Shown: positions 38,601-51,642 of the stretch, piece after piece | Layout of the letters: each line of letters begins with the position of its first letter | How positions within the stretch are numbered: the first letter of the stretch is position 1 | Assembly: GCA_004431415.1 (NCBI GenBank) | Contig: QPMI01000291.1 | Location: 1-64,000, forward strand | Reading direction: 5' to 3' | DNA: 64,000 bases | From: Cyanophora paradoxa CCMP329 | Taxonomy: Eukaryota > Plantae > Glaucophyta | The notes under the pieces: model-generated | Database searches by the model: none | What the model was told of the DNA's origin: nothing | What the model saw: the letters and a program-made list of their open reading frames with translations, nothing else | Program-made: the position numbers and the translations under genes

Positions 38601-40718
38601 GGGGCGGGCGGGCGGGTGGGGGGCGCGCTGACGGGCGGTGGGGGCCTTGACGACGCGGGGGGATACCGAAGCGATCCCGAGGAACGAGATGGGGACGGGG
38701 TACACGATGTCCGCCAGCTTGACGCGCTTCCGCTGGTCCTGCCGGCGGGGACCCCTTAGTAAAGCAGCAACAGGCGCTGGCCGGCCGGGAAGGGGGAAAG
38801 GGGGGGCGGGGCGGGGGCGGACCCGCATGGCGGCGCGCCAGCGCGCGTCGGCGCGGAAGAGTGAGAGGTACTCCTCGGGGCCCGGGATGCGCGCGTAGAT
38901 GGAGAACTGCGAGGCCGAGGCGGCGCTGCCCCACACGCCGCACGCCGCCGGCAGCGAGAACTGCGCGCCGCCCGCTCGGCCCGCGGCCGGGCCCGAGGAA
39001 CGGGCTAGGGGTACAGGTTCGGGGCCGGACCGGGGGCGTGACGAGCCACGTGAAGTCCCACGCGATGGCGCCGGCGTCGCCCGACCCCAGGCTACCTGTC
39101 GTGAACCCGGAGACCTGCGGAGAGGCTCGGGCGGCCCGGGTTTGGGTTCGAATCCGGAGCGGGGCGGGCGGGCCTGGGCGTTCTCGAGGTTGACGTCGAA
39201 GGCGAGGCCGCCGAAGCCGTCGATGGTCCGGTGCGTCCTCTTCATCGTCCACTCCACCCCGCACAGCTGCGCTCGCGAGCGGCCGCCGCGGTCAGACTAA
39301 AGAGAGAAGAGAGGAGGCGAGCGGCGCCCGCCCGGCCGGCCGGCCGTGCCTGGAGCTCGAAGTCGCTGCCCGAGAAGTCGAAGGCAAAGCTCGCGTCGCT
39401 GACGACGGGCGGCGTGTTCCGCAGCGCGCGCATCACCACCGTCCCCTTCTGATTATTGATTACGCCGTCCATGCCCCACACCTGCGCATATCTTCGGCTC
39501 GCAATCGACCCAGGCCGAAAGGCTGGGGGCTTGGGAGGGGGGGGGGGGGGGGGGGGCGGGGGGCTGGGGGGGGTACGACGCACCGTATGGGAGGGGCTGA
39601 GCGTGTCAGTCGGTAGGTTGTTCCAGATCCACTGGCCGATATCGGGTACGCCCCCGAGGAGGCCGACCGTAGCGATGGGGCCGCTGACGTCGGCGTTGAC
39701 GCCTTTCGAGGGCGTACCCGTCTCGTGTATCCGCAGCCGGGCCGGGTTCCACGTCGGCAGGCTCTCGTCTGCGCAGCGGCCGCCGCGTCGGTGAAGGCGG
39801 GTACTCGGAGGGGGGAGGGGGTGGAAGGGGGTTGGGGAGGGGGGTGGTTGGGGGGAGATAGGGGAAGGGGGTGGCGGGGCGAAGCGGAGACGAGGGGCGG
39901 AAGGCAGGCGGCGGCGAGGTACGCGCGCGGGAAGGGGGGGGAGGGGGGGGGAGGGGAGGAGGGGGGCGGTGGTACGCAGCAGCAGCCGCGTCGGCGCTGG
40001 CGGGGTACTCGCGGAAAACGCGGGAGGAGGGGGGGGGGAAGGAAAGGAGGAAGAATGCAGAACGAGCGGGGAAGGGCGGGAAGGGGGAGGAGGACGGGGG
40101 AGGATGCACGGGGAAGGGGAGGAGGGACGGGGGAGGATGGACGGGCGGGGAAGGGGGAAGAGGAAGGGGGAAATGGGAAGGGGGGGGGGAGCCGGGGAGC
40201 GGCACCAAAGGTGTAGCGGAGGCTGTAGCGGGGGGTATCGGAGCCACCGACGAAGGCCTTTGGGCGGTACCCCGCGAGGAGGGTGACGGTCTCGCCCGAG
40301 GCGACGTTCTCGAGGAGGATGTCGAACGTGACGTCCGCCGTGGGCGCGTCGGGCTCCAGCGGGCACACGAGCTTGCGCGCGTCGTCCAGCGCCGTCAGCG
40401 TCATCGCCCCGTCCGGCGGGACCAGCGCCCAGATGATGCTGCGGCACGGGCGCGCTCGCGATCGTCGGCTGCGGGGGCGAGCGCGGCGGGGCGGGCGAGC
40501 GACGGGCCGCACCAGAGTTGGCTACCGACGAAGCCGGCGACGCCGTTCGTGAAGTAAGAGTCCGAGGGCCTGATCACCCGCACCGTCCCCGCGCCGCTCG
40601 CGCCCCGCGCGGAGAGGCCCGCCAGCAGCAGCAGCAGCAGCGCAAGGGCCACCGGCGCCGTCCGGTGCAGGGCGGCCGCGCGGGGCGGCCCGCGGGAAGG
40701 GCGTGGGCGGGGTTCCAT
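26620..40718 (-). CDS. Giant secreted/surface protein with many kelch repeats and FN3-like domains; tens of exons, 3' end uncertain
   Basis: Signal anchor VALALLLLLLAGLSARGASG near the ATG at 40718. Kelch blades VYVFGG, KLYVTGG, LVLFGG...YDLATKRW, LWMYGG...YLNDFWVF, LVLYGG...YDVDANTWE, LFVFGG...FDLALREW and LLFGGRG. FN3-like VLEGLQAGTPYQIEARA. Confidence 0.7.
36431..36854. repeat. 424-bp intragenic duplication, copy 1 (two exons plus intron flanks)
   Basis: Near-identical to 37994-38417; about five substitutions seen. Confidence 0.92.
37994..38417. repeat. 424-bp intragenic duplication, copy 2
   Basis: Near-identical to 36431-36854; the copies are separated by 1139 bp of lower-GC unique DNA. 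Confidence 0.92.
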
Positions 40719-41753
40719 CTGCGGCAGCGGCAGCGGGCCGGGCGCCGGTCAGTTTGGCCTGGGGGCGCGTGGCGGATCGGCTCTGATAGTACGGAGCCTG
40801 GGTTTAGCACAAGCTAAACCCGGCGATGCGGCGGGCCCGGGACAGGGCGCCGCCGCGGCGCGGTGCCATCTGTGACATGTACAGCGTCGGTTGCCGCGTC
40901 GGCCGCGTGCCGGGCGTCGGTTAGCTTTGCGGGGAATCACGCAAAGGATCGGCCGGGCGCCGCGGCTCTAGAGAGACCATTGCATGGGTCAGCTGCAGGA
41001 GATCTAGGCTCATGATCATCTGTCGCCCGGTCATGATCAGCGCACCAGGAATCAGAGGCCGCGCCGTGCACGCGCCGCAGTCGCAACTCGCTCGGTCGAC
41101 TTCGTGGCTCAGCTGCTGCGTTCCAAAGTTCGCCAGCTGACTGCAGCTGCCGCTCGCTGCAGCTGCAGTCGTGGCTGATCGGGCGCGGTCGTCAGTGCGG
41201 CCGGGGGTCTTCTTCAAGCTTCCAGCCGCTGATTAATATTATGACCCCAGCTCGTTGTCGTTGCAACTGTCTTCAGCTTCTTCAAGCTTCCAGTCCGACG
41301 GTCCCCGTCACGGCGTCACTGCGTTCGCAATCCGATGATCATTGCAGTTTCACCCGTGTCATGCTCAGGCGTTGTTTCAGTTTAAAAATTTGTGTTTCAG
41401 CCGCTGAGCGGCTGGATATCGATCCGGACGCTGGCTATAGCTAGCGGAGAAAGCGGTCAAAAAGGGGCCCGGCCAAGAGTGGAGCGGACCGCGCCGGACC
41501 TTCTGCCCTACCGCGCGCGCGGGATTGATCGGCTCTTACTAGCTTTTGATCATGCCACAGCCATGCTAAAAAGTGCTGGGCTACGCGGAGACGGGGGAAA
41601 AACGGAGAGGCGGGCAGGGCGGGCAACGGGAGGGGCGAGAACAGGGCGGGGGGCCGGGGTGCGGGCGGGGTCCGGCGGGGGCTGGTGCGGGGCGGCGGTT
41701 GGGCGGAGGAAAGTGGAGCGAGAATGGGCGGGGCCTGCGGGCGGCGCGTGCTA

Positions 41754-44138
41754 CTACGCCTGCAGCTGGTACCGTTCGTGCAGCGCCCGCCTGCGCGCGC
41801 CCGGTCAGGAAAAGAATGCGGTATCTCCCAAGCGAGCGGCTCAGATCCGAGCTCACTTGAGCGCCTCGGGGAACTGTCCGTATATCCTCGCCCACTCCTC
41901 GGGCGCGTGGCTCTTGAAGGCGTACAGGATCTGGTGGAACTGGAGGGGGGAGGAAGCTTAGAGGGGTACGCGGAAAACCGAAACGAGGGAAGGGGGTACG
42001 CGGGTACCTCGGCCTGGAGGTCGGGCTTGAGGTCGTACCAGGAGGCGATGGCGTCGCAGAGGTAAATGAAGGAGGGCACGACGCCCTACAAAAGTTCCAA
42101 GTTAGCTCGGGGCGTCGGCCTCGGGGCTCGCGGGCGGGCTCGCCTGGGGGTTGATCTTGATGCAGGCGACGAGGCCGCGGAAGGCGTCCTCCTTCTCCAC
42201 GTCGTCCCGGATGTTCCGCAGCGACATGCACCACGGCTGCGCGGCGGGGAGGGCGAGGGGGATCAGAGGAGGGGAGGAGGAGGGGGAGGAGGAAGAGGAG
42301 GAGGCTGATCGGGTCTTGTCCTAGAGAGACAGACACGGAGGGAGGGGCGGGCGGACCTGGACGAAGCGGGCGAGGTGCGGGGCGACGTCGTCGGGGCAGA
42401 CGAGCCCCAGGCGCCCCAGCGTGATCGCCGTGTTCTCCAGCAGGCTCTTGTTCCCGCCCGCGCGGTTGAGCAGCGGCACGAGCGCCTCGACGACGACCGC
42501 CGCGTAGGGCCGCATCTCCGCGCCGACCTTGACCGCCAGCTCGCCGAGGGCCCAGCTCGCGTTGTTGCAGACGGAGAGGTACGTCGGGTCGAGGTTCTGG
42601 AGGAGGACGGGGACGAACTCCTTGAGGTGGGGCTGGAGGTGGCGGTGGCAGGACTTGGCGAGGTCGCCGACGAGCGCGAAGGCGCTCTGCCGCACGTCCG
42701 GCGCCTGGTCCTTCGCGCACTCGAAGAGCAGGAGCGTGAGGTTCGACTTGGCGACGAGCGGGTCGATGCCGGCCTTGAGGCCCTCCGCGAGGCCCGAGAG
42801 GAGATCCAGCGCGCACACGATGAACTCCTTGTCGCCCTCCTCGTTCATCTGCAAAGCGAGAAAGCTTGGACGGGCGGACGGACGGAAGGAAGTGTGTGTT
42901 TTGAGCGCAGAGAAGAGGGCCTACCGCCTGGGCGCGGAGGGTGTTCTCGACGAGGCGGAGGCAGCGCTGGAAGACGGGGTCGGCGAACTCGAGGAAGCCG
43001 GGCCCCAGCGCCTGGGCCACCGACGTCAGGCACTCCAGCAGCGGGAAGAGGTTCTTGTCCACGTCGCTCAGCTGGTTCCACCGCACCTGCGGGGGGAGGG
43101 AGGCAAAGCTCAGCTCGGCAGAGGGAGGCGCGGCTCCCGGGCGGGGCGGGGGCGGGGGCGGGGCGGGGGCGCACGATGAGCGGGGGCATCAGCATCGCGA
43201 CGTACTCGGGCCTGCGCACACACGCACGCGAGGCGACCCGATCAGGTCAGCCGGCTCGACAGGCTCGCTCGAGGGGCCCGCGGGGCCGGCTCGCCTGTTG
43301 AGGTCGGAGCCGACGGAGTCGGCGAGGGTGCCGATGGCGTCGTAGAGGATGAGGAGGTTCTTGGCCTGGTACTTGGTGAAGGCGAACATGAGGTTCTGGA
43401 GGATGGGCTGCAGGTAGGGGACCAGCTCGTGCTGCGCCTCCTCCTCGAGCGTCGCGAAGGCGCTGCACGCCGCCTCCTGCACCTTCTTGTTCCCGTCCAG
43501 CACCCGCTTCAGCAGCTCCTGCATCATGAGCGAGAGCAGCTGGTTCTGCCCGTTCGAGGCCCGCGCCTGCTCCGCCGCCGGCGACTGGTGCACGACCCAC
43601 TTGCTGAAGCGCGAGAGCGTCCAGCACGTGATCGACCGCACCAGCGGCTGCGCGGGAGGGCGCCGGGGCGCCTCAGTCAGCAAAGCCTAGCCTTGCGAAG
43701 CTTCGCGGAGCGGGGCGGGCGGGCGGGCGGGCCTTGGAGTCCTGGAGGAGGGAGATGAGGTAGGGGACGAGCTGGGGGAGGTGCGGCTGCATGCCGTCGA
43801 TGCAGCCCTCGGCCACGGCGCCCAGCGCCAGGATCGCGCTCTCCCTGCGGCGCCCACGGCGCTCGCTTGGGGTGGGTCTCTCTCTCTCTGGTGGGCGGGG
43901 CGCACCGGACGTCCCACTTGTCCGACGCGAGGCGCTCCTGGATCAGGGGCAGGAGGATGGGGAGGATCTCATCGCCGAAGATGCCTGCCGGGCGGCCGGC
44001 TCGGCGGGCGGCTCGGCGGGCGGCGGGGCGCGGGGCGGGGCGCGGGGCGGAGGGCGCGCGGGGGCGGGGGCCGCGGCGCACCGGAGAGGATGTCCAGGCC
44101 GGCGGCGGAGCACTTGCGCAGGTTCCACTCGCTCACCT

Positions 44139-44169
<31 letters not shown>

Positions 44170-45770
44170 CTGAGAGGGCGGAGCGCGGCGGCGGTCGGGC
44201 GGCGGCGGAGCGGAGCGAGGGGGGAGAGGGGAGAGGGGCACCTCGTCGTCGTCGTCGTCGTCGTCTGCCTTCTCCTCAGCGGCGTTCGCGTTGTCCGCCG
44301 AGTGCGACCCGCCCGCCTGCGCCTTGGGGTGGTAGAACCGCGGCTTGATGTCCTGCGCGCGGCGCGCGTCGGCGGCAGCGTCGGCGGACGCGGCGCGGCG
44401 CGGCGCGGTGCGGCGGTCCGGAAAGGAGAGCAAAGGAGCGGACCTGCTCCCTGTCCGGCACCATCTCGTCCTCGTCCTCGGCCGCCAGAACAGTCGCGTC
44501 GATCTCGGAGTAGACCATACCCTTGAGCAGGACGGGGATGAGCCTGCCGGCCGGCCGCGCGTCGGTCAGGCGAGCGGCGCGCGGGGGCGGGGAGGCCGGG
44601 GGCGCGAGCGGCGCGCGCGCCTCGGCATGTACGGCCGCAGGATGTCGTGCGACACCTTCGTCTCGGCGAACGCGGACCAGAACTCGCACGCCTCCAGCGC
44701 GACGTACTCGTCCGCGTCTGGCGCGGCGCTCAGCGCGGGCAGCGGGGCGGGGCGCGGGCGCGGCGGCCGGGTCACCTTGCGTGGCGTGGAGGATGTACTC
44801 GATGACGTTCTGGATGTGCGGCAGGAGCACGTCCAGGCGAACCTCCAGCAGCATGACCAGCGCCATGCAGACCCGTTTCCGCACCTCCGCGCTAGCGTCC
44901 GTCGCAAGGCTGAAGAGCCCCTGCAAGGAAAGAAACCGTTTCAGCGATCAGCCGGCGCAGGGCGAGGAGCGCGGCGGCGGCGGAGGAGGACCGGCTCGGC
45001 GCACCTGCAGGAAGGAATCCATGTGCACGAGGAGCGCGTTGGGCGCGACTAGGATGAACTGGTTGATGCAGCCGAGGGCCTGCTTCCGGAAGTTCTCGTG
45101 CGGAGAGGGGAAGAAGGTGAGGAGCTTCGGGATCAGAACATTCAGCGGCCGGCCGAGCTTGTCCGAGTCAAGGGCCTCGTTCATGTCCTCGCAGATCTTG
45201 TAGAGCGCGTCGAACGCGCCATCGATGACATACAGATCCGGGCTGTCGAGCAGGCCGATGAGGTACTGGACGAGGCCGGGCCACGCTTCGAAGCCGGCGC
45301 TGGTCGCGATTGTGACAATAACCGTGCCGACGGTGCTGCGGATGAAGTGCTGCGGATCTCCCAGAGCCTTAACGACCTCCTCTTTGATGTAGTTCTGGAC
45401 GTCGGCGTTTAGCTGCGCGTATCGCCCGCGAACGTTGTTCTTCAGGAGCAGGCCGGCCATCTGCCGGATGTCCTCCGCTTCCGACTTCATGTGCACGAGG
45501 ATGAAGCACAGGTACTTGTTGAAGTCGGGGATCGCGTTGAAGGACTCCAGTTGCTGCGCATCGAAACGCGCGCCGTGAGCGCCGGCACGGACTCGTCGGC
45601 GCAGTCGGCGATAGAGACGGACGGCGTGCCCAAGCGCGCGTTCCGCGCGCGGCTAAGAGCGGGACGCGCACCGCCTGGATCTGTCGGTGGACCGCATTGT
45701 TCGGTGAACGCGAGTCCTTAAGAAGCTGTAGTATGTTCGCCAGGCCCTGCTGGTCCGGGACCCACGCCAT
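41754..45770 (-). CDS. TNPO1: Transportin-1 (importin beta-2 / karyopherin beta-2); multi-exon
   Basis: [20 protein letters not shown]; [12 protein letters not shown]; [12 protein letters not shown]; acidic H8 loop QDIKPRFYH...[24 protein letters not shown]; [19 protein letters not shown]; [15 protein letters not shown]; [12 protein letters not shown]; [13 protein letters not shown]. The last exon is [11 protein letters not shown]. Confidence 0.96.
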
Positions 45771-45939
45771 TTCGGCGTTCAGGCGTGCTTCTCTCGGTCC
45801 CCGGGGTACAGCTCAGATTGGACCGCGACCTTCGACCCCCGATCCGCGATCGCCGCGCTGCCGTCCTTCCCGGCACCCGCAGCTCTCGAGCGTGTAGGAA
45901 CCGGTGCGTCTCGCCCCGCGCGCTGCCGAGAGACGTTTC

Positions 45940-46700
45940 GACCCAACAAAGCGGTGAGTGACGCCGGGCGCCGCGGCGCACTCGCGCATTCGAATCCCTG
46001 AAAGATAGAGTGCAGACCCGATGGAGGCGCCTCAGAGGCGGCGAAGATGGCGCGGGGCCGGCGTCCGCAATTCGCCGCTCCTCGCTCTCGGCTTGCTCCT
46101 TGGCCTCCTTGCGAATCTTTCGGTGGGCTTCGCCTCTGACGTGAGCGTACACGCGCGCGAGCGCGAGCTGGAGCGCGAGGCGCCGGGCGTGGATTCAAAG
46201 TCCTCGAGCTCGGCCGCGCATCGCGAGCACAGCGGGCGGCGCGGGCACTGGACGGGAGAGTACGAGTGCCCGAAACGAGAGGACGAGACTCGGGAAGGGT
46301 GGACCTGCCGCACGCACTACGTCCCCACACCGGGTCCGCCCGCAGATCTCATGTGCCTGTCTCTCGAGTGCGAGCTCATATGCATATGCAGGGCGCCGCT
46401 GCCGTGTAGATCTCTTCGACGCTAGCGGCTCTTTCCGGTGCGATCTTGCCCTTCCAGTCCGGCGCGCGACTGTGCATGATGTGCGCGCGCGGCGCGGCAT
46501 GGCAGCTGCGGGAAGGACTGCGCTGGCTTCCCCGGCTGCACCCCGATCTGCAGATGCCACTCCGATGAGGGCAGGCTCGGCTGCTCCCACAGGCGCGCCG
46601 CCGGCGCCCCTTCCGCCGCTGCATTAATATCCGATCCGCGGGCGACATTAATACTCGCATGCGCAGCGGGCCATCCTGTGCCATCGCAGGCGCCTGATGC
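45940..46700 (-). CDS. Possible small protein with a U1/C2H2-type zinc-finger-like motif
   Basis: Fragments CSRCAAELEDFES and YAHVRGEAHRKIRKEAKEQAESEERR; exon structure unresolved. Confidence 0.3.
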
Positions 46701-46767
46701 CCCCCGCCGCAATCTCGACGCCCGCGCGCGCGCTGTAAATATAGCAAGCAATCGCGTTCCGCATCGA

Positions 46768-48642
46768 TCACGGCTGGTGCCCGCCGGGCTGGGAGGAGCC
46801 CGGCCGGAAGCCCGAGAGCACGGGGGGTACGCGGGGCTCCCGCCGCTTGACGGCGACGAAGCGGACGCAGCGGTACCTAGGGAGGGGATGAATGACCGGG
46901 GAGAAGCCTTGGGGGGTACGCACGTGGATTGCATCATGGAGCGTGGGTTTGCGGCGTACGCGCACTGCACCTCCCCCTCCTCCTCGATGTCGAACCCGTA
47001 CGCCTCGATCGCTGTACCCCGGACGCCCGCGGTCGCACGACGCGGTACCCCCTCTCCTCCGAAAGAACGGCGTACCCGGGCGGAGCTCGTCCCAGGCGAG
47101 CTCGAGGGAGGGCTCGCGGGGCATGTCTGCCCAGTGCCAGAGGAGGGGCCCGACGTTCACCCACACCCCGTTCTCCCGCAGTATGTGCGCCAGGACCTGG
47201 CCGGCTCGAGGGTCAGGGGGGTACGCGGTTCTCCCCGCTCCGGGGGGTACGCGGGGCGCGCGGTGAGGTAATCGAGGACGTTGTGGGCCGTGTCGATGAA
47301 AAAGGCCGTCGCGACGGCGTCGAAGGCGCCCTCGTGCTCCCCCTGCGAGTACACCTCCACGAAGTCCCCTGCACGGGGGGTACGAGTTGGAATCCGTTTT
47401 TTTTTGGTGGGCGGCGGAAGGGGTACCGGCGCTCATGGAGAAATCCGAGCCCGGGGGAATGTCCGTCGGGTCGACGTCGGGGACCGAGACCTGAGGGGGG
47501 GGTACAGGGTTCGCCGCGGGACGGGGACGGAGGGGAGCGAGACGGGGAGGCGTACGGGGCGGAGGGCGTCCTCTACGGATACGAGATTGCACCTGCCGGG
47601 CGCCGTAAGCTCGAGGGGTACACGGGGGCCGAGAGGGGGGTAGGGGCGCGCATGGAGTGGAGCCAGGGGTAGATGGCGAACGCCTTGGAGCCCGGGGCGC
47701 GGTTCAGAACGAACTGGGAGGAGAGCAGCATGAAGTAGGACCACTCGCAGCCCTCGACGGCGTACCCCCTCCTCACGAGCTCCCATGCGAGCCGTGCGAG
47801 GCCGGCCCCGGGGACCAGCACGCGGATCGCGTTGCGCGGGTGCACGTCCGGCGGGAATCGTCGCACGATCTCCTCGATGATGGGCCTGCGGGCGGGCCGC
47901 CGAGCCGTCGGCGAAAGAGAAAGCGACGGGGCGGGCCGCGCACGTGTAGCAGGCCTCGCGCTCGGCGCGGCCGTCCTCGGACCAGTCGCGCACGAACTGC
48001 CGGAGCGTGCTCCGCAGCTTATCCATCTGATCCTCCCGCGCGGGCTCTGCGCGCCTTTCTCGGCACGGGCGCGCCGAGGGCGGGCGAGCTCTGGATCTAG
48101 GTCTGGCGCACGGACGGGGGCGGAGTCGTCAAGGCACACGGGGGCGCCGTTCTCAAAGAGCTGGTGCGGGGCGACGATGTGCTTTATCAGCGCCCAGTTC
48201 GCGTCCTTCGCCTCCCGCATGCGCCGAATCCTGCCCCCCAGCGGAACCTGCGGCGCGAGGTACCGGTCAGCCGGCCGGTGCCGCTCCGCACGCGAAACGC
48301 GGCTCTCACAAGCTGCTTCTGATGCGGCGGAAGGCCTTGGTACCTGCGCAGGAGCGCTCGCGCGTGAGCGCTGGGTGGAGGCCGCGCAGGCGTGGCAGCG
48401 CACGTCCGCTCGGCGCGGTCGATCCATCGAGCAGTGTGCTCGGGGTAGTATCGCATCGCGTTGACGATCTCATCAAAGTGCTGGCGCTCGGCGACGTCCT
48501 CGTGCGCGCCGTGGCCGCCGCACGGCTGCCCGTCGTGCGTGTGCCCTCCGTGCTCCGGCGCCATGTGCTGGTGGCTGTGGCTGTGCCCGTGCTCGTGATG
48601 ATCGTGTCCGCCGCACGGCACGCCGCCGTGATCGTGGGACAT
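46768..48642 (-). CDS. CARNMT1: Carnosine N-methyltransferase (N2227 family) with a His-rich N-terminus; multi-exon
   Basis: [23 protein letters not shown]; [15 protein letters not shown]; GCEWSYFML; [12 protein letters not shown]; [12 protein letters not shown]; [13 protein letters not shown]; SLELAWDEL. Confidence 0.93.
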
Positions 48643-48791
48643 CGGTCGAGCTCGCTGAGTACCTTGGCTGAGCTCGAGATTTGATCCGGCACCCCCTTAG
48701 CAATAGCTTCTCGTGTGGCCGAGCCCAAGCTTTTGATCCGTGCAGCTGTTTAGCTATAGATAAGTCGGCTGCCCTACAATGTACACTGCAA

Positions 48792-51016
48792 TCACATGAA
48801 GGATCCTATGCGGCCGGAGAGCGGGCGGGCCTTCCGCGGCGGGGGCCGCATGTCGACGCCGAAGCCTAGGGCGATGGACGCGGCCTCGACCACGCCGGCC
48901 GGCGCCGGGTCGAAGGCTTCGGGCGCGGGCGCGGCGGCGCTCGCCGCGGGGCGGGGCGGGGAGGCCGGCTCGGTTATCTCGGGGTCGCTGAGGCTCATGC
49001 GGGGGAAGCTGGCGCTCACGTCGAGCTCGGCGAAGCGTCTCGCCGCCTGCGAGGGCGACGCCGGCGAGCGCGTCCGGCCCTTGGCCGAGGAGGGCCGGGA
49101 GCGGGGGGCGGAGCTCGGGCGGGAACCGGAGCCGGAGCGGGGGGCGGAGAGGGGCCGGGAGCGGGGGGTAGAGTACACGTCCTCGTACTTCCGGGCGGGC
49201 GAGGCTTCCCGGGAGGAGGGCGGTCCGCTGCCCCCTCCCCCGCCGCCCCCGCCTCCGCTTCCGCTGCCGCGCCGCGCGAGGGGCCCGCCGGGCGGCAGTG
49301 GGGCCGCCCCGCGGATGTGGGGGCGCCCGGCGCGCGGGGCGGCCGGCCGGCCGAGGCCGGGGTGCCGCCGGCGCCGGGGCGAGGCTGGGGCTCGGGGGCT
49401 CGGCGGACGCCCCCAGGATCGAGTCCAGCAGGGCGTCGTTGGGGTCGCGTACCCCCCGGGCGCGTCGGCGGCCGCGGCCGCCTCTCGCGCCTCAGAGAGG
49501 CGTCGGGAGGCGCGTCGCGGGGGCGGGGCGGAGGCGGAGGCGGGGCCGGAGGGCCGGGGGCGGGGAGGACGGGGCGCTTCGGGCGCGGGGCGGCGGGGCG
49601 CGGCGCTTGGCCCCCGGGGAGGCGGCAGAGGCGGAGGAGGGCGGCTGGGCCGGCCCCGGGTCGGAGGGCCGCGGGCGGGACGGCTTCGCGGAGGCGGCGC
49701 GGCGGCGCGGGAGGGGCCGCAGGGGCTCCAGCGCGGCCGCCGCCGGGGGGGTACCGAAGCCCCCGTACCGCTTCGCGTTCGTGACGAGGACGGCGTACTT
49801 GCGGTCCTGCGGCCGCGTCGGGAAACGGGAGACGGGCGGGTTCGAACCCGAACCCGGGGCCGCGCACCACGTCCCGCAGGGCGTTGGCGTAGCGCTTCTG
49901 CGTTCTGGGCGGGGCGGGGGGAGTAAGGGTGGGGCCGCAGGGGTACGGAATAGGGAGGGGAGGGGCTACGCACATCTCAAAGGCGCGCTCGCGGTCCGCG
50001 ATGAGCTTCCGGGCGGCCGCCTCCTGCCCCTCCAGCAGAACCCGCATCTCCTGCGGGCGGCGCGGCGCGGCTCAGAGGACGAAGAGGTCGCGGCGGGCGT
50101 CGGCGGGGGCGGGGGCGGGGGCGCACGGCGTTGTGGCGGAGCTGCAGGCGCTCGAGCTGGTCGACGTAGCTGGCGTAGATGCGGCGCTGCCAGGCGTCCT
50201 TCTCGCGCGCCTCCAGCGCCGCCCACTGCCCCCGCGCCTCGTGCGCCCTCTCGTACTCGCCGAGGCGCGCGTGGCCCTGGTGCTTCTTCTCGAGGGTCTG
50301 CAGCGCGGGGGAAGCCTTGAACGCCTCCGGCCGCATCTTCTCGTGCGTCCGCTCGTCCAGCGCCCCCCGCTCCTCCCGGTGCTTCCGCCGCAGCGCGTCC
50401 AGCTGCGCGCGCGCGCGAGCCCCGGTCAGTGGCGGGGCGCGCGGCGCGGCGCGAATCGATCTCGGGCGCCTGCCGCAGGTTCTCCTCGCGCAGGAGGGTC
50501 TCCCGCGCGTCCCACTCGGCGGCGAGGTGCATCCCGAGCTCCTCCGTCGCCGACGCGAGCCCCTCCTTCTCCATCAGAGCGGCCTCCTCCAGCTGCCTCC
50601 TCTTGAACTGCGCATCGCCGGCGGCGATCAGCGCCCGACCCGCGGGGCGCTCGGCCCGGCCGCAGGCGGGTGGACCGGGTTGGCCCGTTGGCCTCCCCCG
50701 GTCCCTCTCAGCGCCCCCATGGAGCATGCAGCATGCGCACCTCGTTGATGTCGGCCTTGACCTTCTGGATGCCGCTGGCGACGACCTGCGCCTTGGCGTA
50801 GTCCTAGGAACGGTCAGTGCCGGGCATGCGGGCGCCGGGGCGTGCTGCCGGACCTGATCTCGCTCCGCTTCCCTCTTGAGGCGCTCAAGCTTCAGGAGCA
50901 TGCTCTCTAGCCCCTGCACACGTGGTTAGCTAGAGGCCAAGTTGGGCGCAACAGCTGGCGGCTGGCTGGATCAATCTCACATTAGAGTCTACGTCCAGCA
51001 TCTCCGTGGGCTCCAT
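48792..51016 (-). CDS. Coiled-coil protein with an Arg/Ser/Pro-rich disordered tail (possibly cilium-associated); multi-exon
   Basis: E/K/R/L-rich heptads (LESMLLKLERLKREAE; FKASPALQTLEKKHQGHARLGEYERAHE) and RPSSAP repeats in the tail. Confidence 0.55.
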
Positions 51017-51642
51017 CCCGGCAAGCGCTTGGGCTGCGGTGCGCCGCCGAGCTGCAGCTGTTTGCCAATTCAACGTGGGCGGCTCTCTATCACTCCCTGT
51101 GCTCTCTCTCGCGGCCGCTGGCTGCTCCGGTGCTGGACTCGCACGTCCGTGCCACGTCGGAGCGGTTGGGTACACTGACTGGCAGTCGCCTGTACCCCCA
51201 GGAGGACGCGAAGGTGCGCCGGCGCCGCGATCCGCGTATTTTTCGCCGGTAGGAAAGGATCTGCTTGGTAAAGAGACGCTATAGGACCTGCGAGAGTGGC
51301 CCGGCGCCGTTTTCGTCAGTTAGCATCTAAAACCCTTGACCAACGCCCCGCTAGCCGCCGTCGTCAGGTCGCCTTTTCGACGCCGGTCTCTCTAGCCGAT
51401 CGATTCTTCCCTAGAGCGAGTCACCAGGCGACGTTCCCCACCAGCGTCAGTCCCGAGTTCGGAGCCCGACCAAAGGCGACCCAACCGGCCACCGGCACGC
51501 CTGGCGCCCTTCCGGCGCCCTTCTTAGCATCTTCCGAGATAGTCCCGTTCGTTTGGGGGCAAACCGTCGGGACGCGCCAAATCCCTTCAAATCCTCGGCG
51601 TGGCGCGCCCTCGTCGCCCGGCTGACCCTCGGGGCGGCGCAG

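Noticed and set aside
39780-40200. Long purine-rich G/A tract as a separate element or Pro-rich exon
   Set aside because: It fits a low-complexity intron of the kelch gene, and homopolymer lengths there are unreliable.
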